Origin: Nemertoderma westbladi
Taxonomy: Eukaryota; Animalia; Xenacoelomorpha
DNA length: 64,000 nucleotides
Assembly (NCBI GenBank): GCA_032718475.1
Contig: JAUCBJ010003667.1
Coordinates: forward strand, 22,272 to 86,271
Direction of reading: 5' to 3'
Numbering within the stretch: position 1 is the stretch's first letter; every line of letters starts with the position of its first letter. This document shows positions 1 to 12,400 of this stretch, piece after piece. The notes beneath the pieces are model-generated. The model did no database searches and was not told the DNA's origin. It worked only from the letters and a program-made list of their open reading frames with translations. Made by a program: the position numbers and the translations under genes.

Positions 1-537
1 AATTTATACTCGGCCTCAACACTACGACACCCGATTTTATGGTGAAACTGGTTATTTTCGGCTTTCAATTTCCAGAAAACTATTTAGAGAAAACACATTA
101 GAAGTGGTATCGGGTAACTTTTCATATTTCTTTTATATTCCCTGTATTGCATTGCAATGTACATTATTTTATACTCTACACTACGTGCATATCTTTACCG
201 TACTGCTGACACTGGTTTACTGGTCTCTGTCTCTCTTTCATATATTTACTTTTTTGGGACATATAACAATAATGGCTCTAATTGAGCATGTTGTAGTATT
301 AAACTGAAAGAAAAAACTATCTTAGAATATTGTAAAAAAAATCCGAATTATATTGATTTACATCTCATAATATTGGTTGTGTTTTTTTGTATTTGATTTT
401 GAAAAATATCTAAAGAAATTTTAATATTCAAAATCTGCAGATGAAGATTAATTGTCAAAACAAGAATGAGGGTTTGGCACTATTTTACTTTTTCCTATTT
501 GTGCTCTGTGTAGCAAACTTATCTAATTTTATTTCAG

Positions 538-3500
538 GAATTGACCAAAGTGAAGCCGAATCTTCTTTGGAGTTTGTTCTATACGATTTCACGAGAATAC
601 TTAGTAAGAGCGGTGGTTATGGCTCTTACAATGGTAATCGCTGAAGTCTCTGCTTGCCTGCTATTGGGGAAATTGTTGGAGAGATTTCAGCCAGACAGTG
701 ATATGAGTTTGGGAAAAGCATTGTTGTATACCTTTCTACTTATGGTATGTTATGCAATCCGTTCAAGTGTGGGTCAAAATCTCATGTACCAAGCTATCCT
801 TATAGAATTTAAAATAAGGATTGCATGCCAATGTTTGATATATGATAAGCTACTAGCCATGAATTTGACAACATTGAGTAGGATAACTATTGGTCGTGTT
901 AATAATTTGATTTCGACTGATTGTGAGACCATTTCTACAACCTTACAAAGAGGTGCGGCCCTAGTTATTAGTCCAATTTCTTTAACTATTATTATTGCTG
1001 TTATATACAACTACATTGGTGTTTCATGCTTCTTTGGAGTTTTGGCCATGGTCCTCGTTGTACCACTACAAGTTCTCATTGGCAAGTTTACTGCCAAATT
1101 AAGAGCAAAGGTATCGGAATCAACTGACTACAGAATTAAGTTAACTAATGAAGTTATCATGGGAATGCGCATAATAAAGATGTATGCTTTAGAAAAAGCG
1201 TATTCTAGAATCATATCAGCTTCAAGGAACAATGAAGTAAATAGACTGAAGAAATTATTGTATTGTCAAGGTATTCAAACTAAATTATTCGAAAGATTTA
1301 TTTTAGTAATTGCATTTATATGTTTTGTTTCATACTCGAATTACTTTGGGTATGTTTTACAAGCGTCTGTCGTTTTCCCAGTCCTAGCAATGTTGTTTAT
1401 GCTGAAAAACTTTATTTACTCGTGGGCTGTGATTGGTATCATACGTTGCATTACTTTTGCCGTAGCTGTAAAACGCATTGAGCATTTTCTTCTGACAGAA
1501 GTGCATTCACAAAACCTGGAATCAATAAAGGGCGGCGGTGAGGATACTTCATGTTTATTGGATAAAGCAGATTTGGAATCACATGTAGCGGCAGAGTCAG
1601 GCCTACAACAGGTACAGGTAGTGGAGAAAGAAGATCAATTTGTACTAAATATTAATAATGTTTATGTAAAAAGTAGTTTGTCAGAAGATGAAGGATCAGC
1701 AACCATCCTTGCAGATTTTAGTCTTAGTGTAGAGCAGCCAGGTGAATTAATTTGTGTAGTCGGAGAATTTGGTTCTGGTAAGTCATCTGTACTAAATGTG
1801 ATACTTGGTGAATTACCTTTATACTCTGGAATTGTTAAGTATAATGGGAAACTGAGCTATACACCCCAACAAGGTTGGGTGTTCACTGGCACGATCAGAG
1901 AAAATATTCTATTTGGATCAGAGTATAGTGTGAAACGCTTTAAAAAAGTCATCGATGTGTGTGCTCTTGAAGATGACTTAAAGGCTTTTCCTAATGGAGA
2001 TGAATCTCTAGTTGGTGAAAGGGGTCTTGCATTATCAGGGGGACAAAAAGCTAGAATTTCCCTGGCCAGGGCAGTATATGTTGAAGCCGATATATATCTG
2101 CTGGACGATCCATTAGTCAGCTGTCGATGTACATGTAGCTACTCATTTGTTTGAACATTGCATCCAAAAATTTCTAAGTGATAAAACTGTTATCCTAGTG
2201 ACACATCAAGTACAATTTACGAAGCATGCATCTCGTGTTATTGTCCTTAGCAAAGGGAAAACGATAGCTAGTGGAAAATATGATGATGTGGTTTCCCAGC
2301 TTGAATCCAATGGCATCAACTTTCTATTAATTGATCCAAATTCTCAAACACAGAATGACACGGGTACTGTGGATACTGTTGTATCAGTAACAAATAATGA
2401 GATACATAAAGATGAAATACCTGAGACTCAAACTAAAGTTCAAAAATCCCCAACTTTTTATGGATATTACTTATATTACCTGAGAGCAACTAATATAAAG
2501 ATATTGATATCTGCATTACTCATGACTTTTATTGGTGAGATCATGGCAATTTTTTGTGACCTGTGGTTGGCGCAATGGTCTATCTATAGTCTGAACAATA
2601 GAGGGATGGAAAATATAAGTTATTACAATTTTTCACAGATTACATTTAATAATACAGAAGTTCAATCAGAAGAAAACTCCAGAATGTTTGAAATAATCAT
2701 TTCCAAATTTTTAGATTTGGAAGTCAACAACCACACAATTATTGGTGTGTATGGCTGTCTAATAATACTAACACTATTACTTAGTGCATTAGGTGCTTGT
2801 ATTTTGTTGAAAAGTATTCTTCATGCTGGTTATCGTCTGCACAATGATATGTTTAATCGAGTCCTCAAAGCCAAATGTTATTTTTTTGATACAAACAGTG
2901 TTGGTGATATTTTAAATAAATTCTCCAAGGATATTTGTATTATAGACAGCATGCTGTTAGACAGATTGAATGATATGGTGAATCATAGTGTCAGAATTAT
3001 TTGTATGGTCGCCTTTGTTATGGTAATGAATTTCTGGATGGTAATTGCCGTTGTTCCATTATTTATAATAATGCTAATTGTTAGAGTGTATTACATACGG
3101 ACATCGAAACAAGTAAAAAAACTAGAAGGTTCTTTTAGAACTCCAATTTATCATCACATATCTGTATCTTTGGAAGGGTTGGCAGTTATCCGGGCATTTG
3201 GTGCGAATTCTCGATTTCAAGAGGAATTTTTTAGAAACGTTGACTCACATCTGCGAGTGGTGATTGTTTACAATGGATTAACTTCATGGTTTGGTTTTTT
3301 CAATAGTTTTCTATGTGTTTTCTTCACTACACTTTTAGCATTGTCTGCTGTACTAGCATCTAATATTGATGCAGGAGCTTTAGGTTTATCATTGACTTAT
3401 GCAGCTACACTTTCATTCGCATTTCAATATATGCTAAAACTCTCAACAGAAATTGAAGAGTTAATGACCTCTGTAGGGAGAGTTTATAGTTATACAAAAT

Positions 3501-4411
3501 TGGATCAAGAACGAAATACATTCAGCCATATAAATGATGCTAGAAATCGGATTTCAAATAATCCTTCAATTGAATTCAAAAATGTAAATCTATTTTATGA
3601 CAGTAATCTTCCATCAGTTTTAACTGATGTTTCTTTTCATGTTAAACCTAAAGAAAAAATAGGGATTGTTGGTCGCACTGGTGCTGGAAAGAGTTCCCTT
3701 GTAGCTGCACTTTATCAACTGACTGATACGACTGGTACTATTTTAGTTGGAGGATGTAATACTGCCGATTTGCAATTACAGGATTTACGCAAATCCATGT
3801 CAATAATTCCACAGGATCCAGTGTTGTTTTCTGGTACATTACGCTACAATCTAGATCCATTTACTGAATATTTAGATTCCCAAATTTGGAGTGCCCTGAG
3901 AAACTGTAAATTGTATGACCTTGTGAAAGAACGATCCAATAGTCAACTACCTGCGAAAACTGATGGTTCCTCTGATGACATTCAGAATTCCCATCAAAAT
4001 GATGTCAAATTAACACTGCCTGTAAAAGTACCTTGTGAAGAAGATGATGATTACAATGGACTGCAGTCAAAAGTTGATGAATATGGTTCTAATTACAGTG
4101 TCGGTGAGAGGCAGCTCATTTGCCTTGCCAGGGCGCTTTTAAGGAACAATAAAATTATTGTTGTGGATGAAGCTACTGCCAATGTAGACGCCACTACTGA
4201 TGGGATTATCCAAGAGACCATTCGAGATAAGTTCTCAGATTGCACTATACTTACAATCGCTCATCGTCTAAACACAATTATAGACTCGGATAAGATATTA
4301 GTGATGGATGATGGCCATTTAGTGGAGTTTGACGAACCTTCCAAGCTACTGGCTGATGAGAATACCCGCTTCAGTTCAATGTATAGAGCTACTCATTCAA
4401 TTGTTATGTAA
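538..4411 (+). CDS. ABCC4: ABCC (MRP4-like) ABC transporter, TMD1-NBD1-TMD2-NBD2 in one large exon; +1 frameshift at ~2116; 5' exon(s) not identified
   Basis: ORFs 541-2154 and 2147-4411. NBD1: Walker A GEFGSGKSS, signature LSGGQKARISLARAVY, Walker B IYLLDDP. NBD2: GRTGAGKSS, IIPQDPVLFSGT, SVGERQLICLARALL, DEATANVD, TIAHRL. Removing one base at 2115-2116 restores LDDPLSAVDVHVATHLFEHC. Acceptor tttatttcag ends at 537. Subfamily assignment is by motif similarity only. Confidence 0.88.
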
Positions 4412-4954
4412 TGAATAGTATGCCATTATTGCATACGATACTACTTTAGATGAGATAACCTAGTTACATGTAATCATGTAGGAGGGGCCTAATGTTGATT
4501 TATGTTATATATCATTATTATTACATACTATTAATTTGATTAGATACCGATATGTTAAATAGCATAAAATGTTGAGCGTGTTCTTTCCTATACTAAAATT
4601 TAGTATTAAATAATTGAATGTAGACACTCCCAACTCTAATTTTTCTAATTTTGACATTCTGAAAATTATTGTAAAAATTATTAACAAAAATCGTTATGTT
4701 TCTGGAATGTCAATAACTGACCTTCACATTTCTTATTGCCAGATGGTTCTCATAAAACAAAATCATATTGATCAGTTCTACAATTGGAGTGACCCATGAT
4801 GCTGGGTTTTGGCATTAAACTATTGCCGATGGTGTACACTGCCAATTGATTGATTAATTCAGCTTTTCATTCTATGCCATGAAAAATTATCTAATGGCAA
4901 GAGCCTAGAGTCCCATTAGATTATCATATTATGAAAAATGATAACATCCTGGAG

Positions 4955-5563
4955 TGTGATGGGAGCAGAGGATCCCGACCGGTTAATTTTAGTTACGCGT
5001 CAGCATCACCGTGTGAATGGAAAAGAGTTTGTTGTTGTTCCAATATTGTTGATAAAGTCCAAATATAATACACGATATAGAGTATGATAGCACAGTTTAG
5101 TATATGAAGATAATATTGTTATGTACCGGTAAATTGACACACTGTATGATTGGTGACGGAGGTGACGGTACTAAAGTGTCACCGTACTGTCCTAAGTGAC
5201 TGAGATAACTGAATAGGATACAAACACTGACCGGTAATATATTGATTATCTACTCTACTTGTGGCCTTGTTACTTAGCGGATGCATTTTCCTTGTCCCCC
5301 ATTGGCCAATAACCTAATTCTCGGCTCCCACCTCTGTGGGAGTGTCCCCCCCCCCCCCCCCCCCCCACTGCTGTCACGTTCCCTATCCAAGAGGTTTGAC
5401 CTATAACCTCTTTTGTGTGTGGCTCTTTGGGGCCGTGTGTTGTCCCCATTTTATTGGGGGTGATACGAGGTTGATTGTAATCAACCGCGTACTCCCCAAT
5501 ATTGCTTAAAATGCCACTTCCCAACTTTATGGGGTTGGTGGAGCGGAATTGAATCCGCTCACA
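4955..5563 (-). mobile_element. 3' LTR (~609 bp) of a BEL/Pao-type element
   Basis: Minus strand starts TGTGA and ends TCACA (5-bp terminal inverted repeat). It is immediately preceded by a polypurine tract GGGGGGGGGGAG (5564-5575). No second copy occurs in the window. Confidence 0.65.
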
Positions 5564-6351
5564 CTCCCCCCCCCCATGCTATCTTCCCGGTGAGAAGATA
5601 GCATCACCAACGAGTGCGCTTCAATTATGCTGGAAGCCGATCTCCTATTGGGTGTGAGGTGGAGTTCTCTTTCTTGGAGCCGGCTTTCCAGGCCGCTCCC
5701 TATGGGTATGATATTGCTACCCTCTCTTGGTGCAACTTCACCTATGTCGCACCAAGACATCTGGCGTCTCGGGTCGAGACAATTGTGGATTTCTCTCACA
5801 CAATTTTATCTCCCCACTACTCTCTCCACTCTAACTCCGCTCTGACTGACTCTAACTTCTCCACTCTCACCCTGATTCTCCTCTACTTTTCTTCTACCTT
5901 CACTCTAACTGTCGGACCACCTGTCCCTCACTCTGCCTCTTACTCCTCCCCCCCCCCCCCCCCCACCACGCTTGAATTGCACTCGCCTTCTCTCCACGCG
6001 TTCTATACTCGTCTACTATTAACCCATTCACTCCTGACGAGCCTCACCCTCCCCTTCTGTGCCGTCGCACTTAAGAAGTGTGAAGTCGTCTAATGCCTCG
6101 TCCTGTCATAGTCAATTGGTCCCCAGTCCTAGTAGCTAATTGGAAAAGGTTATATGACTATAGTACTTACTTTGATTATATTTGCTATATGACTATATAC
6201 TAATATGATTATTACATACGTACATACTAATTGCACTTTTAATTAAATTTGCACTTAGGATAGGAGTTCGTATTACTTCACATGTGGTGCCTTCCAGGCA
6301 TCCCCACATCTCCCCCTCTAAGTTCTAGTACGCTCCTCCTGACTTTGGGAA

Positions 6352-8949
6352 TCATCTCAGTTCCTTCCCTCTGTCGTCCTCCTCCCTCGGTCGCTTCCTG
6401 GTCGTTGCCGCTCCCTTGTTCTTATCCCCTTTAAGGTTCCTGATCCTTGCCGTCACCTCTCTGCTGATTCCCGTCGTGGACTCCTTGGGCGCTGGTGTGA
6501 TTAGCTCCCGGTATCGCTTCGCAGGTGGCCCCTCCGAATGGCCCTGTTGTTTCCCCCTAGTGGCGTCCCATAGGATCACCTTCATAGCCCGCGGCACATG
6601 CTCCGCCAAGAAATCTCTGAACTCTCCCCAGTTCTGTGGCGTCCACCTGTCTAAATACCTCTGTGTATTTATCACTCCGGCATACGACGCCGCCGTGGAC
6701 ACTTCCTGATAAGTAAATGGAAGTCTACGTTTAATGATTTCCAGGTGAGCCTCCTGGTTGATATTAAAGAAGCCCCACCGGAATTCATGGGCCTTCATCC
6801 GCTGCTGCGTCATGGTGCCGACATCGGCCCATCCTCGAAGATCCTAAACTTCTCCTCGTCGTCCATCCAGTCGCACTGGCATCTGTAGTGCCCCTGGAAG
6901 TTGCACTTAGAACACCGGTTGTGCAACCGCTGACACGCCCCCATCCTATGACTCGACTCGCGGCAGTAGAGGCAACTCGTCCCTTTCTGGAATCGGTACA
7001 GGCAGCTCCTTTCCTGGTGAGTTTGCCTCCTGCAGTAATCGCAGCCGAGTACCAATGCCTCCCGCCCCACGTCGTCTTTCGTCCCAAGCGATCTCCTCGG
7101 TCTATGGAGTCGCTGGTAAGCGAACTACTGGACGTTAGCGTCCCTGTCCACGTCTATCTCCTCGCCTTGCCTGGGCATTGTCTCTCCGAATACTACCCGT
7201 GGTGCCGTTCCCGGTTGCTCGCCCAACCTGATGGTGCTCCCCGCGAAATCCATCGCCGGCTCCTCATGCACCCAGGCCCGCTTGCCGGGTCTATTCCAGA
7301 AGGCTCTCGCCCCGCTGGCCATCACCACTCTCCCGCCAACCCAGTCCGTGTCTGAGTGGCTGATTCTCCCGATGGGCGGTATCTCTCCGAACTCGTCGTC
7401 ATCCTCGTCCTCCTGTGGGAGTGGCTCCAAACCCGGTATCCCGGTGGATCCACTGTGTCCCTTCCCACCTTGGCTCTCGCCCGTGACTCTCCATCCTTCC
7501 AGTTCCCCTGGCCTTCTCTCCGCGAAATCGCCCTCAGCACCCGCTGTCGTCTGCAATCCCGATGTCGACTGTTTCGGTGATCCTACCGTCCACCCCAATT
7601 CTCGCCCTAGAGACTCGCCCGAACTCCCTGATGTCCAGTGTAGATCGTCTAAGGCCGCCTGTTCCTCGAACCCGTTACCCTCTCCTTTAGCTTCCGCCTC
7701 CCTTTCTTCTGCCTCCCTCCTTTCTCGTCTAACGATTTCTTCGAATCGCTTCGCCTCTCGTCTATCCGCCTCTAGCTGCTCCCACCTCTGATATGGCGTA
7801 TCCACCTCCCTGTCTACTAGATATCGGCAGTTATAATATACCGACTCGCCCTTCAGCCCCGGGTGGTCTACCAGACCCTCGAAAGAACCTTTGAAGGCTC
7901 TTCTGTAGTTCAGGGGTGACCCCGATAGCAGGAATGCCGTTGGTTCTCTCTCGACAACCACGGCCATGAATAGGTTTAGCAAACCTATCATTATCCATTC
8001 CTCCTGCAGGATATATCGCTTCTGATATATCTTTATCGCTCCTCTCCGGAATTGATACACCTCTTGCTTCCCCGGTCTCGCTCCCCACTTGAGCGAGTTC
8101 GCCAACTCCGCTCCGTACTCCTCCCTGAATTTACCCCAGTCCATTGGCTTGTGGCATACGAGCCCCATTAGCTGGCCCATCGCCACCGCTCCACAATGGC
8201 CCGCATTCTCTACTAGTCCCAACCCGTCTGGCGCTGTCATAGCCATGTAGACCGTTTGCATATCCAGGAGGTTGGGGGTCTCCGGACCTATGATCGTTGG
8301 GGGTCTCCGGACCTATGATCCTCTACGCATCGTCGCGGATCGCCGATCCCACCTTTATCGTCGACTTCTCTCTTACTAGGCTCTGCACTGCCTTTGGCAA
8401 CCGGTTTAACTTTGGCCCGTTCTTCTTCCCATACATTCCCAGGTCGAACAGGAATATATCCCCATTTGGCGCGGCCAAATGCAGGAGTATGGTTCTGGCC
8501 GATCCCGCCGACCCTCTTCTCGAACCTTCCTCATCTTCCACGGTCCCCTCATCGTCTAGGACCATGTATCCTCCCCTGCTGACGGACTCTACGAACCTCT
8601 TCCAGTCCTTTCTCGGTGGTTCCTTTGGATACTTCGGTATCCCGAACTTCGCCTCGTCTCCCTTTACCACGTAGTGGAAATGCTTGAAGATCGCGTTGTC
8701 TAGCGATGGTGTCCCGTAGGTCCCGACCAGCTGCTGTTCGTGCACCTCCCTGAAATGGTCCTGCAGCGCTCGTGCCTTGTGACCCTTCTTTGACCGCTCA
8801 TAGTATCCCCTCGTCTTCTCTTCTGGATGCCTTTCGGTGAAATCCATCAATATCTCCTTTCCTCCCAACTCCGCCTTTCTCTTTCTAACAAGTTTCTCCA
8901 CCATTTCGAACTCTCCCGATCGCTCACCTATAAGGTGGGGCCTTGCCAA
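6352..8949 (-). pseudogene. Disrupted retroelement accessory ORF: DEDD(y)-type 3'-5' exonuclease + 3x CCHC zinc knuckle (~860 aa reconstructed)
   Basis: ORFs 8323-8949, 7125-8261, 6810-7070 and 6352-6813 join into one frame after reading through TAG 8323-8325, removing one copy of a 25-bp tandem duplication (8271-8320), reading through TAG 7125-7127, and one frameshift near 6830. Exonuclease-like motifs: YMVLDDEG, LLHLAAPNGDIFLFDL, LPKAVQSLVREKSTIKVGSAIRDD, LLDMQ. Knuckles: CDYCRRQTHQERSC, CLYCRESSHRMGAC, CSKCNFQGHYRCQC. Confidence 0.75.
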
Positions 8950-9419
8950 GGCACAATATAAGTGAGTGATGTAGTTAGGATGGTCTGTACGGTCCGATAA
9001 TGGCCTATCTCTCTCTGAATGCTAGGTTATTGCCTAATTTTCCTACTTCTATTTTCTAAAAGTACCAAATTTACTAAATTCCCTAATTTTGTCAGTTACT
9101 TTAATTGTGTTCTGGAATATCTTGCCTACTGTTACCATAATTTATTTAATTTTATTTTTAATATTTATTTTAATCCTACAACTGTGCTATCAGTATCTAC
9201 TAATGGATTATTTCTTCTTTTAATCCATATTCTGGCCTACTCTATGGGCTTGTGCAGTACAGTAGTATGTCTCGTGTGGCCTACACGATCTGTCCTGCTG
9301 TACCCACGTGCCCCCCTCTCGCTACTCACTACTAACTCTACTAACTTTCTAACTAATTTCTACTAACTCTTACTATATACTACATACCCTCCTACCACTA
9401 ACTCTTACTACTAACGGTA

Positions 9420-12400
9420 CTACACGTACCCTCTTACTAACTCCTCTACTAACGTATGTCTCGCGATATCGTTGGGATCTGGGAACATTGCTTCTGGAAG
9501 AATGTTGGTTTTGGGTCTTCCGAGTAGATGGTTAGGTGTAAGAGGCTCCAGATCTGTGGGGTCGTCGTGAATAGGTACGATGGGCCGGTTGTTTAGGGTA
9601 GCCGTGATCTCGCAGAATGTTGAGAGGAGGGTGTCGTGGATTACCCGGGTGTCCCCTAATGCGACGCGCATGGATCGTTTTACCAAGTCGATGAGCTTCT
9701 CCCATACCCCGCTCGTATGGGGTGCTAAGGGTGTTTGGAAGTGCCACTGTATATGGTGTTCCCTCCAGACTTGGGATGTGGTGTCTTCGGTGAACCATCC
9801 TTCGATCGCCTCTCTAAGTTCCCTTTCTCCTCCCACGAAGTTTGTACCATTATCGGAGTACATATGACGACATGTTCCATTGTTTGCTACGAACCGACGC
9901 AGGGCGTTGATAAATGCGTGTTGTGTAAGGTTCACTACGAGGTCTAGGTAGATCGCCCTAGATCTAAGGCATGTAAAGATGGCTCCCCAGCATTTGATGT
10001 TGGATCGTCGCTCCATGACTGTGAATGGTCCGAAACAGTCTACTCCGGTTACGTAGAATGGCGGGGAGTCGGACTGCAGTCGTGTGGCCGGTAGGTCGGC
10101 CATTCTTTGTGTGAGCGGTGGCGCTAGGTATCTTCTGCAAGGAAAACAACGCTTTAACACTTTCCGGATCAGTGGCTGGATGTGGGTGATCCAATATCTT
10201 TGCCGTATATTAGCCATAATCCAGTTCTGTCCACTGTGACACTGTTGGATTAATAGCTTGGCTAGTGTTGACGTTCTGGGCAGAAGCGCTGGGTATTTGA
10301 CTTCGTATTCAACCGGGGCATTTGCCATCCGGGTATTCAGTCGAATCAGTCCGTCTTCTCCCATCATGGGTCTCAATTGATATACTGGGCTGTCCGGTTT
10401 CAAGGTCTTGCCCGCACTGAGTTGTTCCCACTCATCGGGGAAACTTTCTTTCTGGACATATCTAACAATACACTTCTCCGCAATAATGAGTTCTTGTATA
10501 CTTCGTCGAACTACCGGTTTGTTGTCCTTCCACCGCAGGAAGTTGCGAAGAGTTATGACATGGTGGATGAGACGTCTCATTGAGGAGGTTCGCGCTATCA
10601 ATAGTTGTAAAGACGCTGCTGGTTGCGTGATAGTCGCGATATTATAGTGCCTGCCCGAGTCCTTTGCAGGCTCGGTCAGACAACTATAGATCTCCACTGT
10701 GGCGCTTCTATGGACTTTACGGATCTCCTTGTCATCTTCGGAGTATTTTCCGCTATCTAGTTCGGGATCGAATCGGGTGCTCCAGGTTAATTGTAGCTGC
10801 TGTAGGAATTCCGGGCCTGTAAGCCAGAGTTTACTTTTACCGAGTTGTCGTGGGGTGGCGCCTCTGCTCGATAAATCCGCTGGGTTTTCTTTCCTGTTCT
10901 GTTCTCAGCCGGTGCACTGTTTTATCTCAGTGGCTCGGTTCGCTACAAACGTGGTGTGTCACTGTGGTGGTGAATGGAGGTCGGTCACCGAACAGTAACC
11001 CACGGATGTTGCATTCTCTTCAATCTGGCATTTAGGGAGATATGTATAGGTGTCAGTAGTCTTTAATGCCGCATAATGTCCATCCCATGATGGTGCGTTC
11101 TGCATAAAAGACGTCGTTTGGCTTTACGGATCGGGCTACGTCTCCGGTTGGTATGTGTAACTCCGGTGTGTCAAGTCCGATTAGTAGGGTAATTAGGTTC
11201 ACGTCCAACGGCGGGCATCGTAGATCTACATCTTCATGGTCTAGCTGTATGAGGGGTGTGTATTCCGATGATTGTTGGAACTACACTCGGAGATCGGTGT
11301 GTACCAGAGCGTTCTTGATCGTCAGTTTGACCGTCTCATATCCCTTCATAACCCCTTCCATCTTGAGTTGTACCTCCCCGGACTCCACTTCTCTATGGTC
11401 GGTAATAGTTTGTATGGGCCGCTTGCAAGGCTCGTAATCTAGGCCTAGTTGTTCGAGGAAATTCCGGTCGATAATGGTTCCGTCCAACCCGTTGTCAAGG
11501 AATGCGAGCGTTGTTAAAGATTTCCCGACCCCTTGAATTCTTACTGGGATCACTTTGGCGAAGACCATGTAATGGCGGTTTATAAGATTGATCGTAGCCG
11601 AGATATTTGTCATATGTGATGCATCGGTGGAGGTCTTAAACGGATTGGTTTCCCTCCGTTGAATTGTCCGGGTACCTTTAGAGACGTGGTTCGTCTCTCC
11701 TCTCCGTTTGGATTCGATCCGGAACAGGAGTGTGGTAAAATCAAAGTTCGCAGGGATGTGGAGGAGTGTGTGATGACGTAGGTCATTACAGACCGCGCAG
11801 CGCGATCTTTGGTCGCAATCCCGAACATAGTGACCTGTTTCAAGAGACCGGAAGCATCCTCGGTGTTTCATTATCGCCTCGAAGCGTGGGACGAGTTCAG
11901 CAAACTGGAACTTTCTGCAGAATTCCACCTTATGTTTCTCTCCGCAGAAAAGACATAGAAGGGAGGTTGTGGTGCCTTCCCTCTTGGGTGCCCAATTCGC
12001 TAGATAACACACCCATTCCTCGGCTGATGTTGGTTCCTCGTAGTCCTCGTCGTCGGAATCCTCGGCCATGGTGATGGCCATCGTACTCACCGGAGGGGGG
12101 GCGGAATCTCGGTTTCGGAGTGGGTTCCCTGCTCCTGGAGTTGTTCTCTATTCCATCTAACTTGGAGAGACTTTGTTTGGAGAACATCGAGTCATTCATG
12201 GCTTCGGAGATATCGTCTAGGAATGCCGACATTTCGAGGAAACTGGGATCTCGATCTGGGTGTCTGCGTCGGAGATCTATGCATTTATACGCCCACTTGC
12301 TTTGCAGCCATCCGGGGAACTTTCGGGCAATCTGTTGGAGGTTTAGAATGTTGTTTACTTGTTCCTCCTTATTTAATGGTTTTAGAGTGTAGTAGGCATC

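Noticed and set aside
441-471. Mini-exon upstream of the ABCC exon
   Set aside because: Splicing it to 538 in the required phase puts TGA (442-444) in frame.
4690-4954. Continuation of REV3L beyond the retroelement
   Set aside because: Minus-strand translation looks like a decayed LINE 3' end (F.RTIW…SVIDI) and shows no polymerase motifs.
6416-8674. Plus-strand ORFs over the exonuclease region
   Set aside because: Antisense shadows of a GC-rich minus-strand gene with no recognisable motifs.
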